Of a stretch of 64,000 nt of DNA, positions 39,864 through 50,609 are shown in pieces. Position 1 is the stretch's first letter, and the number at the start of each line of letters is the position of its first letter. A model generated the notes under the pieces. The model did not search any database and was not told the origin of the DNA. It worked only from the letters and a program-made list of their open reading frames with translations. Source of the DNA: Octopus vulgaris (Eukaryota); contig OX597839.1 in NCBI GenBank assembly GCA_951406725.2, positions 22,506,001 to 22,570,000 of the forward strand. Reading direction: 5' to 3'. Made by a program: the position numbers and the translations under genes.

Positions 39864-40262
39864 ATTGACAGATTACATCCACACCTATGCATGTACACAC
39901 ACACGTATGTATATGCATGTGTATATACACACACACACACACACATTAGAAATGCGTGTATTAAACACACATTATACGCTAGAAATAAATGTTTACGCGT
40001 GGGCAACTTACACATCTTGACAAGCACGAACGAATTTAAACACCCAACATCGGTGTTTTTTATAGACACCCACATTATATATAGGATGCACGCATACTTA
40101 TATATATATACACAACATATTTGTCAACATACCGTATTTATTTTAAAGGAAAAGAAATGTGGGGGAAAAAGGAAGTGAAAGAAAATATGGTGACCTTAAA
40201 AGGGAAGATTAAATATATATATATATATACACAAATTGAGATAGGGGTTGTATATATGTATG

Positions 40263-40315
<53 letters not shown>

Positions 40316-40346
40316 ATATATATGTATATATATATATATATGTATG

Positions 40347-40386
<40 letters not shown>

Positions 40387-40536
40387 TGTATGTATATATA
40401 TATATATGTATGTATGTATATATATATGTATGTATATATATATATATGTATGTATATATATATATGTATGTATGTATATATATATATATATATGTATGTA
40501 TATATATATATATATATATGTGTATGTATGTACATA

Positions 40537-40572
<36 letters not shown>

Positions 40573-40611
40573 TATATATATATATATATACATAGAGAGA
40601 GAGAGAGAGAG

Positions 40612-40868
40612 TTGTTTAGCCCCAGGTCAGACGTGATCGAACAAAGCAAGACCTATGATCGAAAACATTCCAACAGTGACATTCCGTGCGGAGTTTCGAA
40701 ATAAGTGTATCACAATAAATGTGAGGGTGCACCCTTGAATAAGAATAATGAGGGGTGGGGTACAGTGCCGTCCGGTGGACCCCATTAGCGACGGGCTGGA
40801 AACTGTCCTTAACTGACGGCGGTACGGTGAGATCATCTGAGGGAGACTTAGCTGTTATTTTTAGCAGC

Positions 40869-40870
<2 letters not shown>
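40612..40870 (+). mobile_element. Old dispersed repeat family (cattcca..gtgac...gagatttggctgctatttctagcag)
   Basis: Diverged copies near 10300, 11770, 18160, 23200, 25270, 25700, 34260, 34600, 38590 and 43480. Class unknown. Confidence 0.55.
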
Positions 40871-40917
<47 letters not shown>

Positions 40918-41103
40918 GGGGGAATAAAGTATGGGGGTCCGGTACACCTGGACAGGTGAATGAATTAGTCATAAAACGAGGAGAGGCGAAAGTAGAAAGT
41001 AGAAAGTCACAGAGAAGAAACTTATTCGAAGTAATTAAACGCGGTTTTAAGTTGTAAAAATAAGTAGTCCGGAGTGATGGTCATGGTTGGGAGTGGTACC
41101 TAC

Positions 41104-41291
41104 CTGAGTAGTTTCTTCAAGAGGGACGAATGTCTTTTAATTCGCGACATTTTCTTTTTGGATCGTCGCTTGTCGCCGCCGCCGTCCTCGCCTCCGCCGG
41201 CGTCGTCCTCGCCTCCGACATGGAGATCCTCGCTGGACGACGAGGACAGGGACCAGGTTTCGGCCGGTAAATATTTGTCCTCCAAAGACAT
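41104..41291 (-). CDS. First coding exon of minus-strand gene A (MSLEDKYLPAETW...RHSSLLKKLL, phase 2)
   Basis: GC- and CpG-rich 62-codon frame in non-repetitive sequence, ATG in GACATGT, strong donor CAG|GTAGGT exactly at the ORF end. Acidic Gly-rich segment followed by a basic, NLS-like segment. Confidence 0.75.
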
Positions 41292-41710
41292 GTCGAAATA
41301 GAATTAGTATATACACTGACAGATATATAGGTAGATATATATTATATCCACATAAGTGTATATGTTTAGGAAGATCCGATTCGCTGCGGTGCTTTTGACC
41401 AGGTTCAAATGTTTACCTGTTGCAAGTTCATATGACAACTGCTGGAAAGATCAACAGGATGTATATATATATGTATGTATATATGTATGCGTGTGCACAC
41501 ACTTCCTCTTCGAGTCAGCTGTTACGAATCGCAGTTTACACACCTAGATGTTTACATTAATCATACACGCACTCTGTGTGTGTGTGTGTGTGTGTGAAGT
41601 TCAGATTTAGAGACAAGAGAATTAGAAGAGAAGGTTTTCAACTCAGCATAAATCTTATAAGATCAAAACGTTCTCTGACGATTAACTCCAAACACGCGTG
41701 TGTGTGTGTG

Positions 41711-41745
<35 letters not shown>

Positions 41746-42579
41746 GAGTGTGTATTTCGTTTGAGTGTGTGTTTCCTTGTAACGATCCTGTGGACGTCAC
41801 CAAACTCGAAGATTTGTTGTTTGCAATCGGTAAAAATTTCCTGTATAAGAAAATCCGATATGTGAACCCAGTTTTACGAAGTCCAAGGTGCTAATGTTGT
41901 AATAAAGGGCTAGATGACTTCCTTGCCAAATAGCTTCATAACATCGTGGAGAAATAGTTGACATGCTTTCGTGAGCGACTGCAATGTTTTAATAGTGATT
42001 TCCTTTAAAACCAACCACCACCACCATTTGAAAAAGAGCGCTCAGAAGCCAGTTTCTCAGGATCACAAAAGATATGCCATTCTGACGTCTGTCTGTGTGT
42101 GTGCGTGTGTGTAGGTATGTGTGCGTGTGTGTAGGTATGTATATGTATGTTGAGTGCTTAACAAGTGGATTCTACTTCCTGTCGACCGTAGTCTTTCTTT
42201 TTTCTTGTCCAAATATTTCCAGTGACTTTTGTATTGTCAATAATGAGTAGACAAATTTAGTTTAGTGACTGTAATATACTGCTGGTGTTGCCTACTACTA
42301 CTACTACAACCACCACCACCACCACCATCGTCCGACAGACAACTACACATACAAGAAACCTCAAGCATATCTCGTTACCACTCCCACACAGGCTCCACTA
42401 AACACACACAAATAACAGCAACATTATGGCCTGCCGCCCAACCCATACAATCATTTCATTAGATCCAAGCCCTCTATTTAGGATGCATTAGGCAGGGTAC
42501 CCTCAGAGAAAGTTTTAACAGGGAAGGGGTCAGGGCCATCTTAGCCATATTATAAACCTTCAGACAACTCAATGCAATG

Positions 42580-42830
42580 GACCCTTTAGTATGTATTTAT
42601 TGACAGCAAGTCAGAGGATTCATAGATTTGAAGTGGGCCCCTATACCCGTGAGGGTCCCAATATACTGGGTCCTATAGTATTTATTTATTGGCAGCAAAT
42701 CACAGCATACATAGGTCTAAATTGGGCCCTGAGACACAGTAGGCTCCCAAGCAAATCAATGCTCTGGGCCCTTATAGTATTTATTTATTGATAGCAAACC
42801 ACAGCCTACATAGATCAGAATTGGCGCTTA
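42580..42830. repeat. Degenerate tandem repeat of about 90-95 bp, three units
   Basis: The motif tagtat.tatttattg..agcaa..cac/cag...catag.t..aa.tgg recurs near 42585, 42675 and 42775. Confidence 0.6.
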
Positions 42831-44187
42831 GATCTGCGGTGACCCTGGACGTGTGGCAACTGTCCAGTGTATCCATACCTAAAGATAATGCAGGATGGGA
42901 GTGTGTACCGCTTCTTCCAAGCCCTTTTTCTAAACCATTAAATACAAGCAACATCTGCAAATATTTTCTAAGGAAGAGCTTAGGAGACGTATTGTCACCA
43001 GGAGCCCGAATATGGTATGTCTCCTAAACTCCACTTCATTCACTGGGCCTTGCACTGCAGTTATGGTTTTCGGACCTTACAAGGTCACTTGGCCTTGCTA
43101 GGCAAAGCAGGCAAATCACCTCATACTCTGGTCACACAGGGAATGTGTTTGACCATAAGTCTGCTTTGATGAAACTGACCTATGGTCAAACAATAGCAGG
43201 TACACAGGAACTGCCTGGACACCAAAATGCCCAGACAACCAAACTGTGTATATTGTATATAATGCATATATATTAAATATATAATATGTATATAATGCAA
43301 AACAATAATTCAGTCCATAAAATAATAATGAAATTTTAAAAGTCGTTCTCTTTGTGTGGCCTGACTCCAACGATTCACAGCCAGGTACTGGTCTGCAGGC
43401 TGGTGGTTGCAGCCCCCTGTTCTAATTGACAAATGACGACCACCACTTACACACACACACACACACAGTCATTTGTATTTAGCTTTGACCATGGCCTCTA
43501 TTTTAGGCATGGTCGAACAACCAATGATCAAAGGGGTTCCAGTCATGACCAAACTCACTTTCATATGCGTGAGAGAGAGATAAGGGAGATTTGGCTGCCA
43601 TTTCTAGCAGATCAAGGCCCTGTAAACTAGCCAGTGTGGTCAACAGTCCACTGGCTGGAACCATTAAAAGCATACGTCTCTGTACGTATATCATTTGACT
43701 CTGCTTAATTGCATACCAGATAATTGTTTTTTATTTGGTTAATTGCATAAGTTTTAAAATGAAATCCATGTGAAAACCAATTGATTGCGTTGAGTTACTG
43801 TGTTTCTTCTTGATAATGTTATACAGAATGTGTGAAGTGCAAAGCATTTAATCTCATTTGAAATGACTCAAATGATTCTCCCAGTCTCTCTCTTGATCAG
43901 GATGAGATTAAAACAACAAAAAACAACAGGTGGTACTTAACATTTACAAACGGCTATTGTTAAAAGCACTTGAATGGATTCCTTTCATTTTTACCATTTC
44001 AAAGAACTGGATTCAATTGTGACACACACTTCAGAAAGGAATGGCTCAATTAGAAACTGACTGACCCTAGATTCTGGTTTATTTTTAGCTAATTTTTTTT
44101 TTTTATTGTGTCATAATATATTCTTCAACAAATTTATTCTCTTTATTCCTTTAGAATTCTGATTTCTTTGTCAAATGTAAAACTTAT

Positions 44188-44592
44188 TTACTCTTTACTC
44201 TTTTACTTGTTTCAGTCATTTGACTGCGGCCATGCTGGAGCACCGCCTTTAATCGAACAACTCGACCCCGGGACTTATTCTTTTGTAAGCCCAGTACTTA
44301 TTCTATCGGTCTCTTTTGCCGAACCGCTAAGTGACGGGGACGTAAACACACCAGCATCGGTTGTCAAACAATGCTAGGGGGACAGACACACACACACACA
44401 CACATATACATATATATATACATATATACGACGGGCTTCTTTCAGTTTCCGTCTACCAAATCCACTCACAAGGCATTGGTCGGCCCAGGGCTATAGCAGA
44501 AGACACTTACCCAAGGTGCCACGCAGTGGGACTGAACCCGGAACCATGTGGTTGTTTAGCAAGCTACTTACCACACAGCCACTCCTGTGCCT
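44188..44592 (-). mobile_element. SINE family A copy inserted in a TTAA-type MITE
   Basis: MITE sequence continues on both sides (44148-44187 and 44593-44779). Confidence 0.85.
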
Positions 44593-45218
44593 ATTTAGTC
44601 ACATTTTTTCAATTAACCATGCATTATCTCACAGTTCTGAGATTTCAATGATGTGACTGTTTATTTTTAGAATGACATTGCGGGGCAGGTGTGAGAGGCT
44701 GGATCTGGCCACTCTGAACATAAAACAGGTAGAATGTTTGGTTGCCTGAATATGGCCAGTTTAAATGCTAATGGGTTAACAACTGGTAGAAGTTATATAT
44801 ACTCTTGATTTGAATTCTAGCCTAAATATTCTATTTGTTTTACATCCATACCTACAAGACCTGGCCTCTCACACCTACCCTACAATGTCATTGTAAAAAT
44901 AGACTATCACAATGTGAATAAATAAGCTTTACATTTCATGAGTAATTGTTGTATACCCTTCTGATAAAAAGTGTTATTACATAAGCTATATAAGAGTAGC
45001 TGTGTGGTAAGAAGCTTGCTTCCCAACCACATGGTTCCGGGTTCAGTCCCACTGTGTGGTACCTTGTGCAAGTGTCTTCTACTATAGCCTTGGGCTGACC
45101 AAAGCCTTGTGAGTAGATTTGGTAGACGGAAACTGAAAGAAGCCTGTCGTATATATATCGTTGCTATTATGTTAAACTACTGTATGTCCAAATTTGGCCA
45201 AATGCATTTTATTCAATA

Positions 45219-45608
45219 CTAGCAGTATCGCCCGGCGTTGCTCGGGTTTGTAAGTGAAATAACTATAAAGCATTTTTAGAGAGTTATAGCCAAAAACTAG
45301 CAAAAAAATGGGGAAAAAATGATGGTAAATTTTTTTTGAGAGTTAAAAAGGTCGAGTTGCGTCCCCTAGACAGTCTGTGGTTTGTGTTTCTAATTCTCGA
45401 CCCCATGTCAAATTTATTGATTTTTTTACAGAACTGGGGAAACTTTTCAAAATTTTCGCTGCGTTAGTTTTGAATTATGACATTGGGCTATGTGTGTGTC
45501 AAGTTTCATCAGAATCGGTTGAAAGCCGTGGTCAGGGTGAGGGTACAACCAAACAGACACACAGAAACACACACAGACAAACTGCCGTTTATATAGAGAG
45601 AGAAGAGA
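45219..45608 (-). mobile_element. Non-autonomous Helitron
   Basis: On the minus strand: 5'-TC start, subterminal hairpin CCCGAGCAACGCCGGG, CTAG-3' end, inserted between A and T. Confidence 0.8.
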
Positions 45609-46873
45609 TTTAATTCTGCTTGCAATAGCCGGTTCTTTTTGGTCAAACTATCGTATCTCCAGCTGCTTCAGATGCCAAGATATGAAAATTCTCAAAGCGT
45701 AGTACAACGGTTTAGCATTTTGCAAAAGTGTAGTAAGTCCCACATATGACAGTTTTGTGAAAATATTTCTGACTGAAAATATCATACATGCATGGAGTTA
45801 GGATTTTATGCACCCAACAAAGTATTATTGCTAAGCTGAAACTGTTACTAAGGTAAAAAGAAATGGAAGGGTGAAACTATTTTTTACCTTTTCTGAAAAA
45901 AGCAATGTTTTGGACTTACGACACTTTTGCATAATAACAATGAGGTATGTATGTGTGTATGTATGTATTTGTGTGTCTGTGCTTGTGTCCCCTCCACCAT
46001 CACATGACAACCAATGTTAGTGTGTTTACATCCCCATAACTTAGTGGTTCAGCAAAAGAGACCTACAGAATAAGTACTAGGTTTCCAAAGAATAAGTGCA
46101 GGGGTTGATTTGTTTGACTAAAGGCAGTGCTCCAGCATGGCTGCAGTCAAATGACTGAAGCAAGTAAAAGAATTAAAAAATGCATGTATAACAGAACCAC
46201 AAATGTCTTGTTGTTTCATAAAGATCATAAAACAATTCCTTTCTTTGACCACTGACCAGCACTGCCCAGGGTTAAACACCAACAATAACAAAAAACCTGT
46301 ACACAGTCATTTCCCCCCCCCCCCCGCCATTTTGCATGTATTGTCTTAAATAAAAAACAAAGAATACTAACAGCAAATGTTAGCAGGCACTTAACTATAT
46401 ATCTCTCTACAGATGGCATTCCTGAGTAATTTCCCTCCTATTATGTCAACAGTTTAGTTTAGACATTTAGATGTGTCTAATGGCACCTCAGTTAATTTAT
46501 TCAGAGCAATTGGAAGTCACCCTACTTTGGCTAATTACTACTGCTACCACCACGCAAACCCACACCTATCATATTCACTTCCTCCTAACCACTAAGCAGA
46601 TACTAATTAAGCAATTCAGAGTAATTAAAACTCATTATACAATACAAACCAGTCTTAAGAGATATTATCTCTCTGTTCACTTGGTGAAAGAAGGGTGGAG
46701 AACAGCAGAGTGGAATCGCTGGTAGAAGACTCAAAACTGCCAGAAGAATTCTCAAAATTTCGACATCGTCTCAAAGATGGTTATCTAGATTGTTGGCCAA
46801 ATGCAGAATGGCATTAAGAAACCACAATTTATAGTTTCTATTACACACGCACACACATTTGAAGTGATAATCT

Positions 46874-47168
46874 CTTTACTCTTTACTCTTTTACTTGTTT
46901 CAGTCATTTGACTGCGGCCATGCTGGAGCACCGCCTTTAGTCAAGCAAATCGACCCCGGGACTTATTCTTTGTAAGCCCAGTACTTATTCTATCGGTCTC
47001 TTTTGCCAAACCGCTAAGTGACGGGGACGTAAACACACCAGCATCGGTTGCCAAGCAATGCTAGGGGGACAAACACACACAAACGCACACACATACACAC
47101 ACACACATATATATATATACATATATACGACAGGCTTCTTTCAGTTTCCGTCTACCAAATCCACTCAT
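46874..47168 (-). mobile_element. SINE family A, 5'-truncated
   Basis: Similarity stops at aaatccactca. Confidence 0.85.
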
Positions 47169-47584
47169 AGATTTTCTATAAAATTTAGAGTCAGCGCTGA
47201 AAGTTATGACATTCCATATATGAATATGTCCCATATAAACAATGTGATCAAAGGTAGATATATTCATATTTACCTAGATGTTGGCCCTGACCTCTATAGG
47301 AAATCTATAGTTTTTCACTTAAAAACGAGAATGTTGCATTGCTGACATGAAAAATAACGCACAATATTGACATCTAAAACCTGAATATACTTGGTACTTT
47401 ATTATGGATGCGAAGCAAAATACCGTGTCCTTGCCAGCCATTAATATAAACCTATACACACACACATGCCCATATGTTACATATATGCGTGCGTGTCTTC
47501 TACTGTAACCCTAGGTCAGTGTTTCCCAACCTGTTCCATACCAAGGACCTCTTTTATTAAAATGAGTTTCCCTACAGACCTCTT

Positions 47585-47813
47585 TTAACCCCTTAGTGTT
47601 CGCATTATTCTCCCAAAATTAATCCTTTTTTATCCACATTGTTTTGAACTAATCAGGCATTATCTTGTAGCTTTGAGATTTTGATGAGGTAGCTGTTAAT
47701 TTTTTAAACTATATTGTAGGGTTAGTGTGAGAGACCAGATATGGCCAGTTTGAACATAAAACAGGCAGAATACTTTTGGCCGGATATGACCGGTTTAAAT
47801 GCTAAAGGGTTAA
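47585..47813. mobile_element. TTAA-flanked piggyBac-type MITE
   Basis: TTAA|CCC.TTAG...CTAAAGGG|TTAA. Relatives at 23546-23775, 52409-52583 (internal deletion), 37777-37999, and tandem fragments at 35920-36400. Confidence 0.8.
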
Positions 47814-47827
47814 TATGCTTATATTTA

Positions 47828-47880
<53 letters not shown>

Positions 47881-47960
47881 CAAAGTAAAGTTGCAAGGCA
47901 CCGCATGAGTGGAAATATATATAAAAGAAGGTTTGAAAATGGCATTTAACTGTACTTTAT

Positions 47961-48006
47961 TCACTTGACCGGTTTCACTTTTTTAGAAAAAGATTGTCAA
48001 AAGTAA
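47961..48006 (-). ncRNA. Minimal type-I hammerhead ribozyme motif (U3-A8 variant) in an inverted pLTR-like segment
   Basis: Minus strand UUACUU-UUGACAA-U-CUUUUU(cua)AAAAAG-U-GAAA-CCGG-UC-AAGUGA, with a palindromic CCGG stem III and AATAAA directly downstream. Confidence 0.72.
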
Positions 48007-48184
48007 AATGTAAAAGCTTGGTTGTGTTAGTTACTGGTTGTCACAAAATACTACAATACATATATACATTCTTTGGTAATAATAAGAAAATGTTAAAAAC
48101 AGTTTACAAGGAAGTATTTTAAGAAAGTAATCAGAACCTGACTCCAAAATGTAGAGTTCAATAAAAATCATGTTTGTTTTGTGG

Positions 48185-48231
<47 letters not shown>

Positions 48232-48349
48232 GGAAATATATTTAAGAATTTACAAAAAAATTGTAGAGGAATAATTGACCTTTCTGACATTTTCTCTTAA
48301 GAGAAAATGTCAGAAACTACCAATTATTATTATTATTATTATTATTATT

Positions 48350-49260
48350 ATGAAAGTTACAAGCATGTGACGAAAAAATATCCTCATTTCAAAACAGATA
48401 TTTCCTCAGCCACCTATTGTAGCCTTTAGACGGAATAAGAATATAAGAGAATTATTGACCTCTATATCTGACTCCAAGAAAACGAACATTGGAGTATCTG
48501 CAGGCTGTACCTTAAAGAACAGCCACAAGAGAGGTAAGCCCTGTTCATTGTGCAACAACATGAGTGAAGTGAATTCCATCAGAAATCATAACAGAAGTGT
48601 TATGATTTATACAGAAGGTGGAACATGTAAAGATTCCCATTTGGTGCACGCTGCAGAATGCACGAAACACAATTTAATTTATGTTGGTTGTCCAACAGAA
48701 CAATTAAACAAAAGGTTTAATGGGCACAGATTCGACGTCAGACACAATAAAAGTAGTTCGACAGAACTTGCTGAACATTTCGTTTCAAGCGGCTGCAATT
48801 TTGAAGAAGGCTTGAAAGTGCAAATTCTCAGAAAATATTCTGAATCTGCTACACTTTCCATACTCAAAATGCACGAGGAGAAATATGTTTGTGGGTTATT
48901 AACATCACGCCCTGGAAGAATGAATAAGATGACAGGAAAATATCAAGTTTATACAAAGCTGTTTGATTAAATATCCTTCTTCCTCTCTTTTTCTTCCCTT
49001 TTTTCTGTCGTCTTCTTTTTTCTGTCTTTTTCTTTTCGCATATTATAAAATTGTAACTTAAAAACTGATGTCATTCAATCAACATGAGGACACTGGTTGC
49101 TCTTGTTTAAATTTCTATAATTTTGAATTTTCATCACTTCTTATTTTGAACTTGACAAAGACAGACGTACTGTTGAAATATCGTTCAACTAATAAAGTAT
49201 CTTACAATTGAATCGCGCTCTTCGTCTTGACTGTTTACCTTTGTGAAGAGTTACGTAAAT
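48350..49260 (+). mobile_element. Penelope-like element 3' part: GIY-YIG endonuclease ORF plus pLTR
   Basis: IFPQPPIVAFRRNKNIRELL linker, CxxC, LVHAAEC/IYVG, RFNGH, LAEHF. Stop at 48970, followed by a pyrimidine tract, a hammerhead motif and AATAAA. Confidence 0.92.
49148..49186 (+). ncRNA. Minimal type-I hammerhead ribozyme motif (U3-A8 variant)
   Basis: GAAC-UUGACAA-A-GACAG(acgua)CUGUU-GAAA-UA-UC-GUUC. Stems I and II pair, and the motif sits in the PLE pLTR. Confidence 0.65.
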
Positions 49261-50199
49261 CCTTTTCAAAATATTATTATTTTTATGGTTGTTGTTGTTA
49301 TTTTAATATTCGATCGAATGCTAAAACCTGCTGAGTTTTTTGTCAATAAATGTCAACAGATGAACTGATGTTTGTATTATGACCAGTATCTTTGATGTAA
49401 ACCAATGATCAATGGAGGGGAGGGGCAGTGGAGGAGGCAGAGGTTAAAATGTGAAATCACCAATAAAGGTGTTCTTGTTGTTGAAGTGAGCAAAATTTAT
49501 TAGGAAGCTGTAGTTGTGGGTGAAATGTAAAAGGGTCATTGTGGACACTATAGAATGGTGGGCCAGGGTGGAGTGAGAAAAGAAGGGATATGTGAAAGAA
49601 ATAGATTTATTTCTTTATTGCCTACAGGGGACTAAACATAGAGGGGGACAAACAAGGACAGACAAAGGGATTAAGTCAATTACATCAACCCCAGTGTGTA
49701 ACTGGTACTTATTTAATCGACCCTGAAAGGATGAAAGGCAAAATCGACCTCGGCAGAATTTGAATTCAGAAGATGAAGACAGACAAAATACTGCCCAGCG
49801 TGCAGGGTAGGAGTGAGAGGCCAGATCTGGCCAGTTTAAATGCTAAAGAGTTTGTTTTGCTAATAGAAATTTTTCGTTTTTCTTAATTGTCACAAAAAAG
49901 CATTTCTAAAAAAAAATCTTCATTTTAATAAAACTTCCGATGTTAAAACTTGTTGCTGATTAATAAATAAATAAATAAATAAATAAATAAACTCCCACCC
50001 ATCCAATCTGTGGATTAAATTTGTGCCGTGTCAACTGTGCTTTAAAATTGAAATGTTTATTTTAAAACATTGTGAAAGATCTTAACCTCAGAGTTTGTGA
50101 AAGAAGCTTGATAAGATAGGAAGTGTTGAGAGGAAAATGATTTCTTTTTTTTGTTTTTAAATGCTAACAATTTTGTGCTGGATTTCATTACTGATAATA

Positions 50200-50245
<46 letters not shown>

Positions 50246-50551
50246 GTGAGAAAGAGAGGAAGAAAGATAGGAGAGAGAGGGGGAGCATTAAATTAAAACC
50301 AGTTGGCGTTTGTTATTAAGCTGTTCAGGAAGTGAGTCAGTGTTTGGAGACCCCACCCATTGAGGGGACCATTGTTGTCACTGGAGAGAACCCTAACCCT
50401 GCCAATAGATGTCTCCACAGGCAATGACACACAAACAACAATTAGGTTTATTGTTAGTAAAAATTAAATAACAAAACAGAGAACATCAGACAAGAAAGGA
50501 AGGACAGGCAACTGGCCCCGGCTGTTTGACTGGCCTTTACTGGCCGATCTG

Positions 50552-50609
<58 letters not shown>

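Larger units (their letters stand above)
38750..42400. promoter_or_regulatory. CpG-retaining region around the 5' end of gene A (putative promoter)
   Basis: High CpG density in unique sequence around the 41104-41291 exon. A second strong minus-strand donor AAGATGT|GTAAGT lies at 40012. Boundaries approximate. Confidence 0.45.

Noticed and set aside
46659-46817. Protein-like plus frame (...EDSKLPEEFSKFRHRLKDGYLDCWPNAEWH*)
   Set aside because: Weak splice signals, and the length is within chance expectation.
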